Assembly: GCA_964516485.1 (NCBI GenBank)
Contig: CAZEYY010000002.1
Coordinates: 3,047 to 62,476 of the forward strand
DNA from: an uncultured Rikenellaceae bacterium
Lineage (GTDB): Bacteria; Bacteroidota; Bacteroidia; Bacteroidales; VadinHA17
DNA: 59,430 bases
Direction: 5' to 3'
Shown one piece after another: positions 1-8,549 of this stretch. A program made the translations under genes and the position numbers. Below the pieces are notes generated by a model. That model ran no database searches. It was not told where the DNA came from and was given only the letters and a program-made list of their open reading frames with translations. Each line of letters starts with the position of its first letter. Within the stretch, counting starts at the first letter, position 1.

Positions 1-102
1 TCAAATTTAGTCAAATATGCAAAATCTGCGAAAATCTGAGTTGTAAGCAGGAACAAATATTTAAATTAACAATAATTGCACTGTTTTTACCCATCCATAT
101 AT

Positions 103-110
103 TACCTTTG
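103..110 (+). promoter_or_regulatory. Candidate Bacteroidota sigma-A -7 box (TAccTTTG) upstream of lemA
   Basis: tacctttg matches the TAnnTTTG consensus and lies 25 nt upstream of the ATG at 135. Confidence 0.35.
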
Positions 111-134
111 CACTAAATTCTTAAAGCTGTCAAA

Positions 135-737
135 ATGAAAAAAGGTTGTTTGATTTCAATAATAATTGTTGCAGTTATTGCATTTTTTGCTGTAAGCCTT
201 ATTGTCTGGGGAACAAGGGTTTATAATAACATGGTTACTATGAATGAGGGAGTAACGAGCCAGTGGGGGAATGTTGAAACTTCATATCAGCGCAGGGCTG
301 ACCTTATTCCGAATTTTGTAAATACAGTCAAGGGCGCTGCCAATTTCGAGCAGTCAACACTTACACAGGTTATAGAGGCAAGGGCAAAAGCCACCCAGGT
401 GACAATTGACCCTGCAAAAATGACAGCTGAAAATATGCAGCAGTACCAGCAGGCACAGGGAGAAGTCAGTTCAGCACTTTCAAGGCTAATGGTTGTTATG
501 GAACAGTACCCTGAGCTAAAGGCAACACAGAACTTCAGGGATCTTCAGGTTGAACTTGAAGGTACTGAGAACAGGATAAATGTAGAAAGAAGAAAATACA
601 ATGATATGGCCAGGGAATTCAATACCTACATCAGGCGATTCCCGCAAAATATGCTTTCAGGGATGTTTGGCTTCGGGTCAAAACCTTACTTTGAAGCTCA
701 GCAGGGAGCAGAAAAAGCTCCCGAAGTTAAATTCTAG
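135..737 (+). CDS. lemA: LemA family membrane protein
   Basis: There is an N-terminal TM helix (ISIIIVAVIAFFAVSLIVW). It is followed by LemA-typical blocks WGNVETSYQRRADLIPNFV and RINVERRKYN..FNTYIRRFP. Confidence 0.85.
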   Translation: MKKGCLISIIIVAVIAFFAVSLIVWGTRVYNNMVTMNEGVTSQWGNVETSYQRRADLIPNFVNTVKGAANFEQSTLTQVIEARAKATQVTIDPAKMTAENMQQYQQAQGEVSSALSRLMVVMEQYPELKATQNFRDLQVELEGTENRINVERRKYNDMAREFNTYIRRFPQNMLSGMFGFGSKPYFEAQQGAEKAPEVKF

Positions 738-757
738 GCCTTTTAATACAAGACATA

Positions 758-1207
758 ATGAAAGCTGCATCGTTCTTCACAAAAGAACAACAGGATGAAA
801 TTCTTGCCTCAATAAGGCAGGCTGAGGAAGCCACATCAGGCGAAATCAGGGTTCATATTGAGACTACATGCAATGAAGATGTTCTTGACAGGGCTGCCTG
901 GATCTTTAATAAACTCAAGATGCACAGGACAGCTGACAGGAACGGAGTGCTCTTCTACCTGGCTGTTGGCGACCGGAAATTTGCCGTAATCGGCGATGGA
1001 GGGATTAATGCCATTGTTCCGGAAAATTTCTGGGATCAGATAAGGGAAACTATGCAGGACTTGTTCAGGGAAGGAAAATTTACAGAAGGTCTTTCACGGG
1101 GAATACTAATGGCCGGCGAGCAGCTCAGGGCTCATTTCCCTCATCAGAAGAATGATGTAAATGAGCTTTCGGATGAAATAACTTTTGATAAACTAAAGGA
1201 GGAGTAA
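758..1207 (+). CDS. TPM domain-containing protein (TLP18.3/Psb32/MOLO-1 phosphatase-like), soluble form
   Basis: The sequence GEIRVHIE...NGVLFYLAVGDRKFAVIGDGGI...FREGKFTEGL is the TPM fold pattern. The gene starts 20 nt after lemA. Confidence 0.75.
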   Translation: MKAASFFTKEQQDEILASIRQAEEATSGEIRVHIETTCNEDVLDRAAWIFNKLKMHRTADRNGVLFYLAVGDRKFAVIGDGGINAIVPENFWDQIRETMQDLFREGKFTEGLSRGILMAGEQLRAHFPHQKNDVNELSDEITFDKLKEE

Positions 1208-1210
1208 ACA

Positions 1211-2014
1211 ATGAGAAAATCAATCCTCCGTAGCTTTCTTCTGTTTGTAATACTCCTGCAGGTTGTAAATGTTTTTTCGCAGGAAATACCGGACAGACCC
1301 AGTCCACCACATCTTGTTAATGATTTTGCAGGTTTGCTCAGTCAGAATGAGGCCCGGATGCTGGAAAACAAGCTTGTTGCTTTTAATGATTCAACATCGA
1401 CCCAGATAGCTGCTGTTATTGTTCCGTCTCTTGAAGGCTATGCAATAATGGATTATGCCCAGAGGCTGGGAGAGAAATGGGGAATAGGCCAGAAACAGCT
1501 TAATAATGGCATTCTTATACTTGTTAAGCCAAAAACAGCAGCCTCCTCAGGAGAGATAAGCATTACCCCGGGATATGGTCTTGAGGGTGCAATTCCTGAT
1601 CTTACATGTGACCTTATTATACAGAATGAGATTATACCTGCTTTCAGGGAGGGTAATTATTTCGGGGGACTTGATGCAGGTGCCCGGACCTTAATGTCTC
1701 TTGCTCGCGGTGAATTCTCTGCCGCACAGTACGGAAACAAGGTGAAAAAGAGCTCAGGTGATAGTCCTGTCGGCTTTGTCATCTTTATCGCGATTATTGC
1801 ATTCCTTGTTATTGCCGGTAAGTCGAGGGGGGGGAATAACAGACACCTGAAAGGATCGGGCAGTCTTCCTCTCTGGCTCTTGCTCAGCATGATGAATTCG
1901 GGTGGATCGCATCGCGGATCGTGGGGCGGATTTTCAGGAGGCTCAGGTGGTGGCGGATTCGGAGGCTTCGGAGGAGGCAGCTTTGGAGGCGGTGGCTCAC
2001 ATGGCAGCTGGTAG
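1211..2014 (+). CDS. TPM domain protein (YgcG-like) with signal peptide, C-terminal TM helix and Gly-rich tail
   Basis: It has a signal peptide, then TPM blocks (LVNDFAGLL...STQIAAVIVPSL...NNGILILV). A TM helix FVIFIAIIAFLVIAG follows, then the tail GGSGGGGFGGFGGGSFGGGGSHGSW. Confidence 0.75.
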   Translation: MRKSILRSFLLFVILLQVVNVFSQEIPDRPSPPHLVNDFAGLLSQNEARMLENKLVAFNDSTSTQIAAVIVPSLEGYAIMDYAQRLGEKWGIGQKQLNNGILILVKPKTAASSGEISITPGYGLEGAIPDLTCDLIIQNEIIPAFREGNYFGGLDAGARTLMSLARGEFSAAQYGNKVKKSSGDSPVGFVIFIAIIAFLVIAGKSRGGNNRHLKGSGSLPLWLLLSMMNSGGSHRGSWGGFSGGSGGGGFGGFGGGSFGGGGSHGSW

Positions 2015-2066
2015 CTCATGGCTTGTAGCTCATAGCAATACATTGCCAGAAATCAGTAAGTTGCTG

Positions 2067-3107
2067 TTAAATGATGTCGTTTTCCCGACCGGAGACATAT
2101 TTCCTCCACTTATCAATCACCTGCTTCATGTCGTCAGGCAGTTCGGAATCGAAAGACATTCTTTTCCGTGTAACAGGGTGATCAAAGGCAAGTGATTTGG
2201 CATGAAGGGCCTGCCTGGGAAGAATGCTGAAACAGTTCCTTATGAATTGCTGATACTTCGAGAATGTTGTTCCCTTAAGAATTCTGTCACCACCATACTC
2301 TTCATCGTTGAAAAGGGGATGTTTTATATGACTGAAGTGCACCCTTATCTGGTGGGTTCTGCCTGTTTCAAGCTTACATTCCAGTAGCGAGATATAGCTG
2401 AAGCTTTCAAGTAATTTATAATGAGTCACAGCCGGTTTTCCTTCGCTTCCGTCTTCAAATACCTGCATGATCTTCCTGTCGCGTATATTCCTGCCTACAT
2501 GGCCCGTAATAGTACCTGCAGGCGGATCGGGGATTCCCCATACAAGCGCCTGATAACGCCTGTCAGTTGTTCTCTCGAAAAACTGCCTTGATAATCTGTT
2601 CAGGGCAAGTTCATTTTTCGCAATAACAAGTATTCCGGACGTGTTTTTGTCAATGCGGTGGACTAGTCCTGGTCTGAGCTCGCCTGTCCTGAACAGCGGC
2701 AGATCCCTGAAATGATACATCAGGGCATTTACAAGTGTTCCGGTATAATTCCCGTAAGCAGGATGCACAACCATCCCGGGTTCCTTGTTTACCACCAGTA
2801 CATCATCATCCTCATAAACAATATTTATGGGTATGTTCTCAGGTATTAGCTCAATCTCCCTTGGTGGATTTGGCAGTACAATCTGCACTACATCGCCGGG
2901 CTTGACCCTGTAGTTTGGCTTTACTGAAGAATTATTTACAAGTATGTTTCCTGCATTGGCGGCATTTTGTATTCTTGTCCGCGAAGTCTTCTCCATCCTG
3001 GCAGTCAGGTACTTGTCCAGCCTTAACATCGACTGTCCACCATCGACGACGAATCTGAAATGTTCAAACAGTTCCTGTTGCTCGGATAGTATCTCTTCTT
3101 CGGTCAT
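2067..3107 (-). CDS. rluD: 23S rRNA pseudouridine synthase, RluD/RluA family
   Basis: It has an S4 domain (RLDKYL...) and the catalytic block GLVHRIDKNTSGILVIAK. I moved the start to the ATG at 3107 (MTEEE...), because the track's 3230 start overlaps the upstream gene. Confidence 0.85.
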   Translation of the reverse strand: MTEEEILSEQQELFEHFRFVVDGGQSMLRLDKYLTARMEKTSRTRIQNAANAGNILVNNSSVKPNYRVKPGDVVQIVLPNPPREIELIPENIPINIVYEDDDVLVVNKEPGMVVHPAYGNYTGTLVNALMYHFRDLPLFRTGELRPGLVHRIDKNTSGILVIAKNELALNRLSRQFFERTTDRRYQALVWGIPDPPAGTITGHVGRNIRDRKIMQVFEDGSEGKPAVTHYKLLESFSYISLLECKLETGRTHQIRVHFSHIKHPLFNDEEYGGDRILKGTTFSKYQQFIRNCFSILPRQALHAKSLAFDHPVTRKRMSFDSELPDDMKQVIDKWRKYVSGRENDII

Positions 3108-3115
3108 TTTATGAT

Positions 3116-4969
3116 TTACCTTACTTTTATAAGACGACTGTAACCTGCAGGTCTGCCTGATACAGAAGTCATTACTAAATATAATCCCGGCTTCAGTGAT
3201 GAGATATTTACTGGTCCTGTATTCTGGCACTTCAGGATTTCTCTGCCGTAAAGATCTGTTATTGTGATCATTGTGTGAGAAGGGTCAGAAGTATCATCAG
3301 TTGTAATTGTGATGTAATCGCTGGCAGGATTTGGTGCAACTGTAACAGCAGATAATGATTTTTTTACATGTTCATCAATAGATGTTGTCTTTTCAGGCAT
3401 TCCAAGTACAGGCCTTATCATTAATGTTCCTGTAACCTGTGACTGGTTCCATTCTCCGTTGAGCCAATATAATTGCCTTCCTTTCTGGGCTGTATTTACA
3501 TCCAGTCCGGCATTAAGGAAGGTCTCGGAGCGTTGTTTCCAGCCTATGTAGAATACTCCGTCAACAGGAACACCGTCAATTATGCCGTAATTATAAAATC
3601 CGTTTATTGCACCGGTCTGTTCAACAAGGACTTCATCGCTCCGGTATAGTATATTTCCGGGAATACCTTTGTTGTCATCCCATATAATCAGGTCAAAAGC
3701 CCTTTTATTTGCATCACGGTAGCTGTCATTAAAGCAGATCCTTACAGACCTTATTGTGTCGGGGACATAGGCAGTAAACCTACTGGCAACCATTGCGTTA
3801 CGGGAACCCAATCCGTTAATGCCATAACCCATTTCAGCAGTTCCGTCATCAAAGGCGATATAATTTTTGAAGACCTGGTAATAAACAATAGTGTCATTTC
3901 CCTTCGGATCAAACTCATCTGTCTTAAGCACACCTGTTATCCTGAACCGGGCCGAATCGGGATTTCCTGAAGAATAAGTATAGATCAGGCCCGCATTGTA
4001 ATCAACATTTGTATTAGGATCAATGTTGACAGCCCCTGCGGTGAATGAATGCACGAGTGAATTTTCATTTACATTCCATATCTCGAAGTTCCTTGTGACA
4101 TTCCTTACAATACCATCATTGTTCCTGTAATGAACGGGAATATAGGCACCCATTTCCTGCAATTCAATCTCCCTGAAATGGTTCAGTGGTAGCGATTCAT
4201 GGGTTTTAAGGAGGGATCTAATGCCGGTACGGAAGGCTACGTCGGAATAAACTGTATCACCTGCTTCCCTGTTCCTGTCAAGATAAACATAATCGAGGTT
4301 CCAGTGATCGGAGTTACCTATCATTGACTGATCGCTTGTCTGTTGTGATATTGTAACATAGTTTATGAACCTGAACCTGAATCCTTTTTTCAGGAAACGC
4401 TGCCTGTCGATTGTGACAAAGGCCTGTCTGAAGCTGTCATCTCCTCCGCCACGGGCTCTCCAGACTGAATACCATTTGTTTTCATCAGGGTCAAGGAAGT
4501 GAAGTGTCAGGCTGTCATTCTCTTCAGGCATATCGCCAAGCCCGCCTGCCTGGTAATAAAAGCTTAGCATAATGTTATCGGTGGCAGAGTATTCCAGGTT
4601 TATGGGCTGTGAAGTCAGTACATCCCCTTCAAAGCCTGAGGATATTGCGGTTTCGTAAAGTCTTCCCCTGTTGTCGATTGCATCAAAAGTGGCAACTCCT
4701 GTAGTTATCTGTTTGTCGGAATAATTATTATTGATGAAAACATTATCATCGGTCCATTTTCCTGTGTCGGGGAATGCAGATCTCCCTGAAAAATCATCAG
4801 AAAAAGGCAGTTCAAGTATAACTCCGGTAAGAGCCTTGTTTCCTTTGGCTTTTTGTGAAGCTTCCGCCGAGACTGAAATATTTGAATACAGGCCTGTTAC
4901 AAGTTCCTGGGCTGATGCTGCCTGGATAAACAATGAAAATGAAAATGAAAATATTAAAACATCTTTCAT
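3116..4969 (-). CDS. Secreted protein of unknown function with T9SS (Por) C-terminal sorting domain
   Basis: The signal peptide is MKDVLIFSFSFSLFIQAASAQ. The C-terminal ~80 aa (VAPNPASDYITI...LYGREI...LKPGLYLVM...RLIKVR) fit a type-A T9SS CTD. Confidence 0.7.
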   Translation of the reverse strand: MKDVLIFSFSFSLFIQAASAQELVTGLYSNISVSAEASQKAKGNKALTGVILELPFSDDFSGRSAFPDTGKWTDDNVFINNNYSDKQITTGVATFDAIDNRGRLYETAISSGFEGDVLTSQPINLEYSATDNIMLSFYYQAGGLGDMPEENDSLTLHFLDPDENKWYSVWRARGGGDDSFRQAFVTIDRQRFLKKGFRFRFINYVTISQQTSDQSMIGNSDHWNLDYVYLDRNREAGDTVYSDVAFRTGIRSLLKTHESLPLNHFREIELQEMGAYIPVHYRNNDGIVRNVTRNFEIWNVNENSLVHSFTAGAVNIDPNTNVDYNAGLIYTYSSGNPDSARFRITGVLKTDEFDPKGNDTIVYYQVFKNYIAFDDGTAEMGYGINGLGSRNAMVASRFTAYVPDTIRSVRICFNDSYRDANKRAFDLIIWDDNKGIPGNILYRSDEVLVEQTGAINGFYNYGIIDGVPVDGVFYIGWKQRSETFLNAGLDVNTAQKGRQLYWLNGEWNQSQVTGTLMIRPVLGMPEKTTSIDEHVKKSLSAVTVAPNPASDYITITTDDTSDPSHTMITITDLYGREILKCQNTGPVNISSLKPGLYLVMTSVSGRPAGYSRLIKVR

Positions 4970-4972
4970 GGT

Positions 4973-5830
4973 CTATTGGCCTGATGTAGGGGTAGCTGCT
5001 GCAGGAAGAGGTATTGTATCAGAGATAATAAACATTGTTGAATCGACAGGCAGTTTTGTGGAATCGATTGTAAGCCAAAGATATACTGCTGAACCAAGTT
5101 GCAGTGATGATTCCCCGGAGAACTCCGGATTCTGCTTGTATACAAAAGCCTTCGCTGAATCGCTTTGATTAAGGACACTCGTGTCAAAAATAAAGGCGCC
5201 AAGGTTTAGCGATGATCCAAGAATCCTGTTGCGTGCAGCTTCAAGATTAAATCCGATTAGTTCTGGCACAGGAGTCCTCTGGTTGCTGAGGCCCTTGCCA
5301 AGAACCAGGTCTATAACAGAGCCTTTCTGAATTGAATCGCCGGCAACGATTTTCTTTCCGTTTATCTGCTGGTCAATCACAACATCCACTGACAGGTCAG
5401 GTTTGTACTTCAGGAGTCCCATTTCAAGTCCGGCTCCTTCAACAACAAGTATGGCCTGCCTTTTGGGAAGGTCAATCAGGTTTGGCATTGCAACCATCTC
5501 AGGATGGAAGGCATTAATTGTGAGAGCCACGTTTCTCCACTTCTTCACTTTGAAACCAGGATAGGGATTCTGTTCTGCTATGCAACCACGGGGAACGGCA
5601 TTTGTATAGACAGAATCGATAATCTGAAATTTCACCTTGCTTTTCTTTGCAAGCCTGGTTGTTTCTTCAAGTGTCAGACCGTAAAAATCAGGAACAGGTC
5701 TTGCCTGTCCGTGCCTTGTATAGAAATTAAGCCAGATGAGCAGGACCATAATACTGCCAATCAGAATTGCAACGGCAAGTCCGAAGTTCCTTGCAAAAAC
5801 CTTGCTGAATATGAAATTTTTTAAGCTCAT
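4973..5830 (-). CDS. PASTA domain-containing membrane protein
   Basis: An N-terminal TM anchor is followed by repeated ~65-aa units of the form VPDFYGLTLEE..., MPNLIDLPKRQA... and VPELIGFNLEAA... Confidence 0.7.
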   Translation of the reverse strand: MSLKNFIFSKVFARNFGLAVAILIGSIMVLLIWLNFYTRHGQARPVPDFYGLTLEETTRLAKKSKVKFQIIDSVYTNAVPRGCIAEQNPYPGFKVKKWRNVALTINAFHPEMVAMPNLIDLPKRQAILVVEGAGLEMGLLKYKPDLSVDVVIDQQINGKKIVAGDSIQKGSVIDLVLGKGLSNQRTPVPELIGFNLEAARNRILGSSLNLGAFIFDTSVLNQSDSAKAFVYKQNPEFSGESSLQLGSAVYLWLTIDSTKLPVDSTMFIISDTIPLPAAATPTSGQ

Positions 5831-5885
5831 CCCGCCTGTATGTGACTAAGTTAAAACGTAAAGTTACTTATAAAATTACTTCGGA

Positions 5886-6995
5886 TCACCATTCTTTCAC
5901 AGTGTTGTAGACCGAATCACGTTCAACAGGCTCCATGCCGGTCTCCCTTATCAGATTGCAGATCTCCTCTGTGCTCATTGCCGGACTGATGTCACCGGCT
6001 CCGGCCATTGAATAAATCCTTGTTGTATCATCTATTGTACCGTCCATGTCATCAACGCCAAATGACAATGAAAGCCTTGCAGCTTCCTTGCCGATCATTG
6101 GCCAGTAAGCCTTCAGATGTGGAAAATTATCGAGGAAGATCCTTGAAACAGCATAGTTCTTAAGATCTTCAACAACACTCACCTCGCCCAGGTATGACAT
6201 ATTGTTGTTTTCTTTTCTGAATTTGAGTGGAATAAAACAATTAAATCCTTTTGTTCTGTCCTGAAGTTTTCTGAGGCGGTCCATGTGATCAATCCTGTTG
6301 GCATAGGTTTCTATGTGCCCGTATAGTATTGTTGCATTTGAAGGTATACCTGCCAGGTGCGCGGTTTCGTGTATGTTGAGCCACATTTCCGAGGAGGCTT
6401 TGTCGTCGCATATCTGTTTCCGCAGTTCTTCGTCAAAGATCTCTGCACCTCCTCCGGGTATTGAGTTCAATCCGCAGCCTTTGAGATATTTCAATCCCTC
6501 CTCAACCGACATGCCCGCTTTTGAGATCATATAGTCAAGCTCTATTGCCGAGAAAGCCTTGATATGAAGTTCTGGTCTGTATTTGCTTATTTTCTGAAGA
6601 AGTGATCCCCAGTAATGTATGTCATAAGCCGGATGAACGCCTCCGACAATATGAACCTCTGTAACAGGCTTGCTGTCGAAGTTTTTTACTATGTCAAGCA
6701 TCTGTTCATGTGAATATTCCCAGCTTTCAGGATCTCCTTCCTGTTTATGGTATGAACAGAATCTGCAGTTGTAAACACATTTGTTTGTGGGTTCAATGTG
6801 AAAATTATGGTTGAAATAAGCTTTGTTGCCGCTGAGGCGTTTTTTAACTGTAACTGCAAGGATTCCAAGAAGAGGCAGGCTGGCTTTTTTGTACAGGATA
6901 AGTCCTTCATCTGTACTTATTCTTTCACCGGCAAATACTTTTTCAGAAATTTCCCTCAGATCACTTTCTGCTATATTATTGACAAGTAGGTTCAT
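5886..6995 (-). CDS. Radical SAM enzyme of the MqnE/MqnC/CofH family (futalosine-route menaquinone biosynthesis)
   Basis: It has the CxxxCxxC cluster CVYNCRFCSY and the blocks VHIVGG, PGGGAEIF and DDMDGTIDD. I moved the start to the ATG at 6995, because the track's extension to 7049 runs through the rpmH terminator. Confidence 0.7.
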   Translation of the reverse strand: MNLLVNNIAESDLREISEKVFAGERISTDEGLILYKKASLPLLGILAVTVKKRLSGNKAYFNHNFHIEPTNKCVYNCRFCSYHKQEGDPESWEYSHEQMLDIVKNFDSKPVTEVHIVGGVHPAYDIHYWGSLLQKISKYRPELHIKAFSAIELDYMISKAGMSVEEGLKYLKGCGLNSIPGGGAEIFDEELRKQICDDKASSEMWLNIHETAHLAGIPSNATILYGHIETYANRIDHMDRLRKLQDRTKGFNCFIPLKFRKENNNMSYLGEVSVVEDLKNYAVSRIFLDNFPHLKAYWPMIGKEAARLSLSFGVDDMDGTIDDTTRIYSMAGAGDISPAMSTEEICNLIRETGMEPVERDSVYNTVKEW

Positions 6996-7023
6996 TAGGA
7001 TGCGTTTGAGGGGCAAATATAGA

Positions 7024-7052
7024 AATAAAAAAGGTGTCTTTCCGGACACCTT
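7024..7052 (-). terminator. Rho-independent terminator downstream of rpmH
   Basis: On the minus strand it reads aaggtgtc-cggaaa-gacacctt followed by ttttt. This is a perfect 8-bp stem. Confidence 0.6.
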
Positions 7053-7074
7053 TTCAAGTATTAGGTTATGCTGT

Positions 7075-7233
7075 TTAAGCTTTTAACTTAAGTTCGTCAG
7101 ATACAGTGAGTTTTTTTCTGCCTTTAGCGCGTCTTGCAGCAAGTACTCTTCTTCCGTTAGGAGTAGACATTCTTTCCCTGAAACCGTGCTTGTTTACTTT
7201 TTTCCTTCTTGATGGCTGATATGTCCTTTTCAT
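7075..7233 (-). CDS. rpmH: 50S ribosomal protein L34
   Basis: Hand translation gives [52 protein letters not shown]. It is below the ORF-track length cut-off. Confidence 0.9.
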   Translation of the reverse strand: MKRTYQPSRRKKVNKHGFRERMSTPNGRRVLAARRAKGRKKLTVSDELKLKA

Positions 7234-7273
7234 CTTATCAACTGTTTATAACTGCTTGTCCAATTTGAGACTG

Positions 7274-7281
7274 CAAATGTA
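7274..7281 (-). promoter_or_regulatory. Candidate -7 box (TAcaTTTG) for rpmH
   Basis: The minus strand reads tacatttg about 41 nt upstream of the rpmH ATG. Confidence 0.35.
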
Positions 7282-7329
7282 GTACTTTTTTTTAATAAAA
7301 AAATGAGGGGATTATATTTTTAATAAAAA

Positions 7330-7953
7330 TCATACAGGCAGGTAAACAATCTTCTTTGTTTCGAAAAAGGATTCATCGAAGAAACTGCTTATATCCCAGA
7401 TCTTTACCCTGTCAGCATACTTCTTCAGTTCTTCCGTAAGATCACCGCCTTTAAGGTACAGTATTCCATTCCGGAGTTCATTAACTGAACCTGAATGTAT
7501 GTTCTTTCTTGAAAGCTTCACAAATTCCCCGAAGGAAGTGACTGCCCTGCTTATGACAAAATGAAACCTTTCTTTTTCCTCTTCTGCTCTTTTCCTTACG
7601 GGTTTGACATTTAAAAGTCCCAGTTCTTCCTTAACAGCATTTACGACCTTTATTTTCTTTTCAATTGAATCGAGAAGGGTAAATTCAGAGTCGGGGAATA
7701 TTATTGAAAGAGGGATGCCGGGGAATCCCCCTCCGGTACCTACATCGAGGATAGATGTTCCGGGTGTGAAACGTATGACTTTGGCTATTGCAAGGCTGTG
7801 AAGAACATGATGAAGGTAGAACTGGTCCATGTCCTTCCGAGATATTACATTTATCATGCTGTTCCACCTTGCATAAATTTCCTTCAGGCCAAGGAGTTTC
7901 TCCGCTTGACCGGCTGTCAGATCAGGGAAGTATCGCAGAAAATCTTCTGACAT
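7330..7953 (-). CDS. rsmG: 16S rRNA (guanine527-N7)-methyltransferase
   Basis: It has the SAM motif ILDVGTGGGFPGIPL and the GidB-type N-terminus. The ATG at 7951-7953 overlaps the sigma-factor stop codon. Confidence 0.85.
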   Translation of the reverse strand: MSEDFLRYFPDLTAGQAEKLLGLKEIYARWNSMINVISRKDMDQFYLHHVLHSLAIAKVIRFTPGTSILDVGTGGGFPGIPLSIIFPDSEFTLLDSIEKKIKVVNAVKEELGLLNVKPVRKRAEEEKERFHFVISRAVTSFGEFVKLSRKNIHSGSVNELRNGILYLKGGDLTEELKKYADRVKIWDISSFFDESFFETKKIVYLPV

Positions 7954-8549
7954 CACCTGTTGCCGGTTTTGATGAGTATGTTATAAAGCAGGGTTTTAGC
8001 GCGGGACAATTCTGCTTTTACAGTGCCTATCGGAATGTTCAGTTCTTCAGAAATCTCTGAATATGAATATTCCTTGTAGAATCTTAGATTTATAAGTTTC
8101 CTGTACTTCGGTTTCAGCTGATTAACAACTTCATTAAGCGCTTCAATTTTTTGACTGTTAATTAGTATTTCTTCAGGATCGGGCAGGTCAGACTGGATGT
8201 TTCCTGCAATTGTATCACCGAAATCCTGAGAGCCTTCGTAGGGAGCAGGCAAAGACTGTTTTTTCCTTATAAAATCGACACAATTATTAGTTGCAATTTT
8301 AAAAAGCCAGGTGCTGAATGCGAATTTGGGAGTGTACAGGTCGAGGTTTCTGAAAGCTTTTCCAAAGGCTTCAATAGTCAGATCATCAGCATCTGACTGG
8401 TTATTTACCATCTTGAGAAGCATGAAATATATTGAATCCCTGTAGCGGTTCATAAGGCCGGCAAAGGCTTTTTCACTGCCTTTTTTTGCCTGTTCCACCA
8501 GTGCAAGGTCGGCAGCCGCATTATCTGAAAACAGGTTATTTACTTCCAT
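7953..8549 (-). CDS. RNA polymerase sigma-70 family factor (ECF-like, sigma2+sigma4)
   Basis: Region 2 reads DDLTIEAFGKAFRNL...STWLFKIATNNCVDFIRK. The region 4 HTH reads YSYSEISEELNIPIGTVKAELSRAK. Confidence 0.8.
   Translation of the reverse strand: MEVNNLFSDNAAADLALVEQAKKGSEKAFAGLMNRYRDSIYFMLLKMVNNQSDADDLTIEAFGKAFRNLDLYTPKFAFSTWLFKIATNNCVDFIRKKQSLPAPYEGSQDFGDTIAGNIQSDLPDPEEILINSQKIEALNEVVNQLKPKYRKLINLRFYKEYSYSEISEELNIPIGTVKAELSRAKTLLYNILIKTGNR

Noticed and set aside
1657-2043. A 128-aa Pro-rich minus-strand ORF (PPPPKLPPPKPPNPPPPEPPENPP).
   Set aside because: It is the mirror image of the Gly-rich (GGN codon) tail of the TPM gene on the plus strand, so it is a compositional artefact.
4931-4950. 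The (gaaaat)x3 tandem repeat.
   Set aside because: It simply encodes the FSFSFS stretch of the signal peptide of the T9SS cargo. It is too short to be meaningful.
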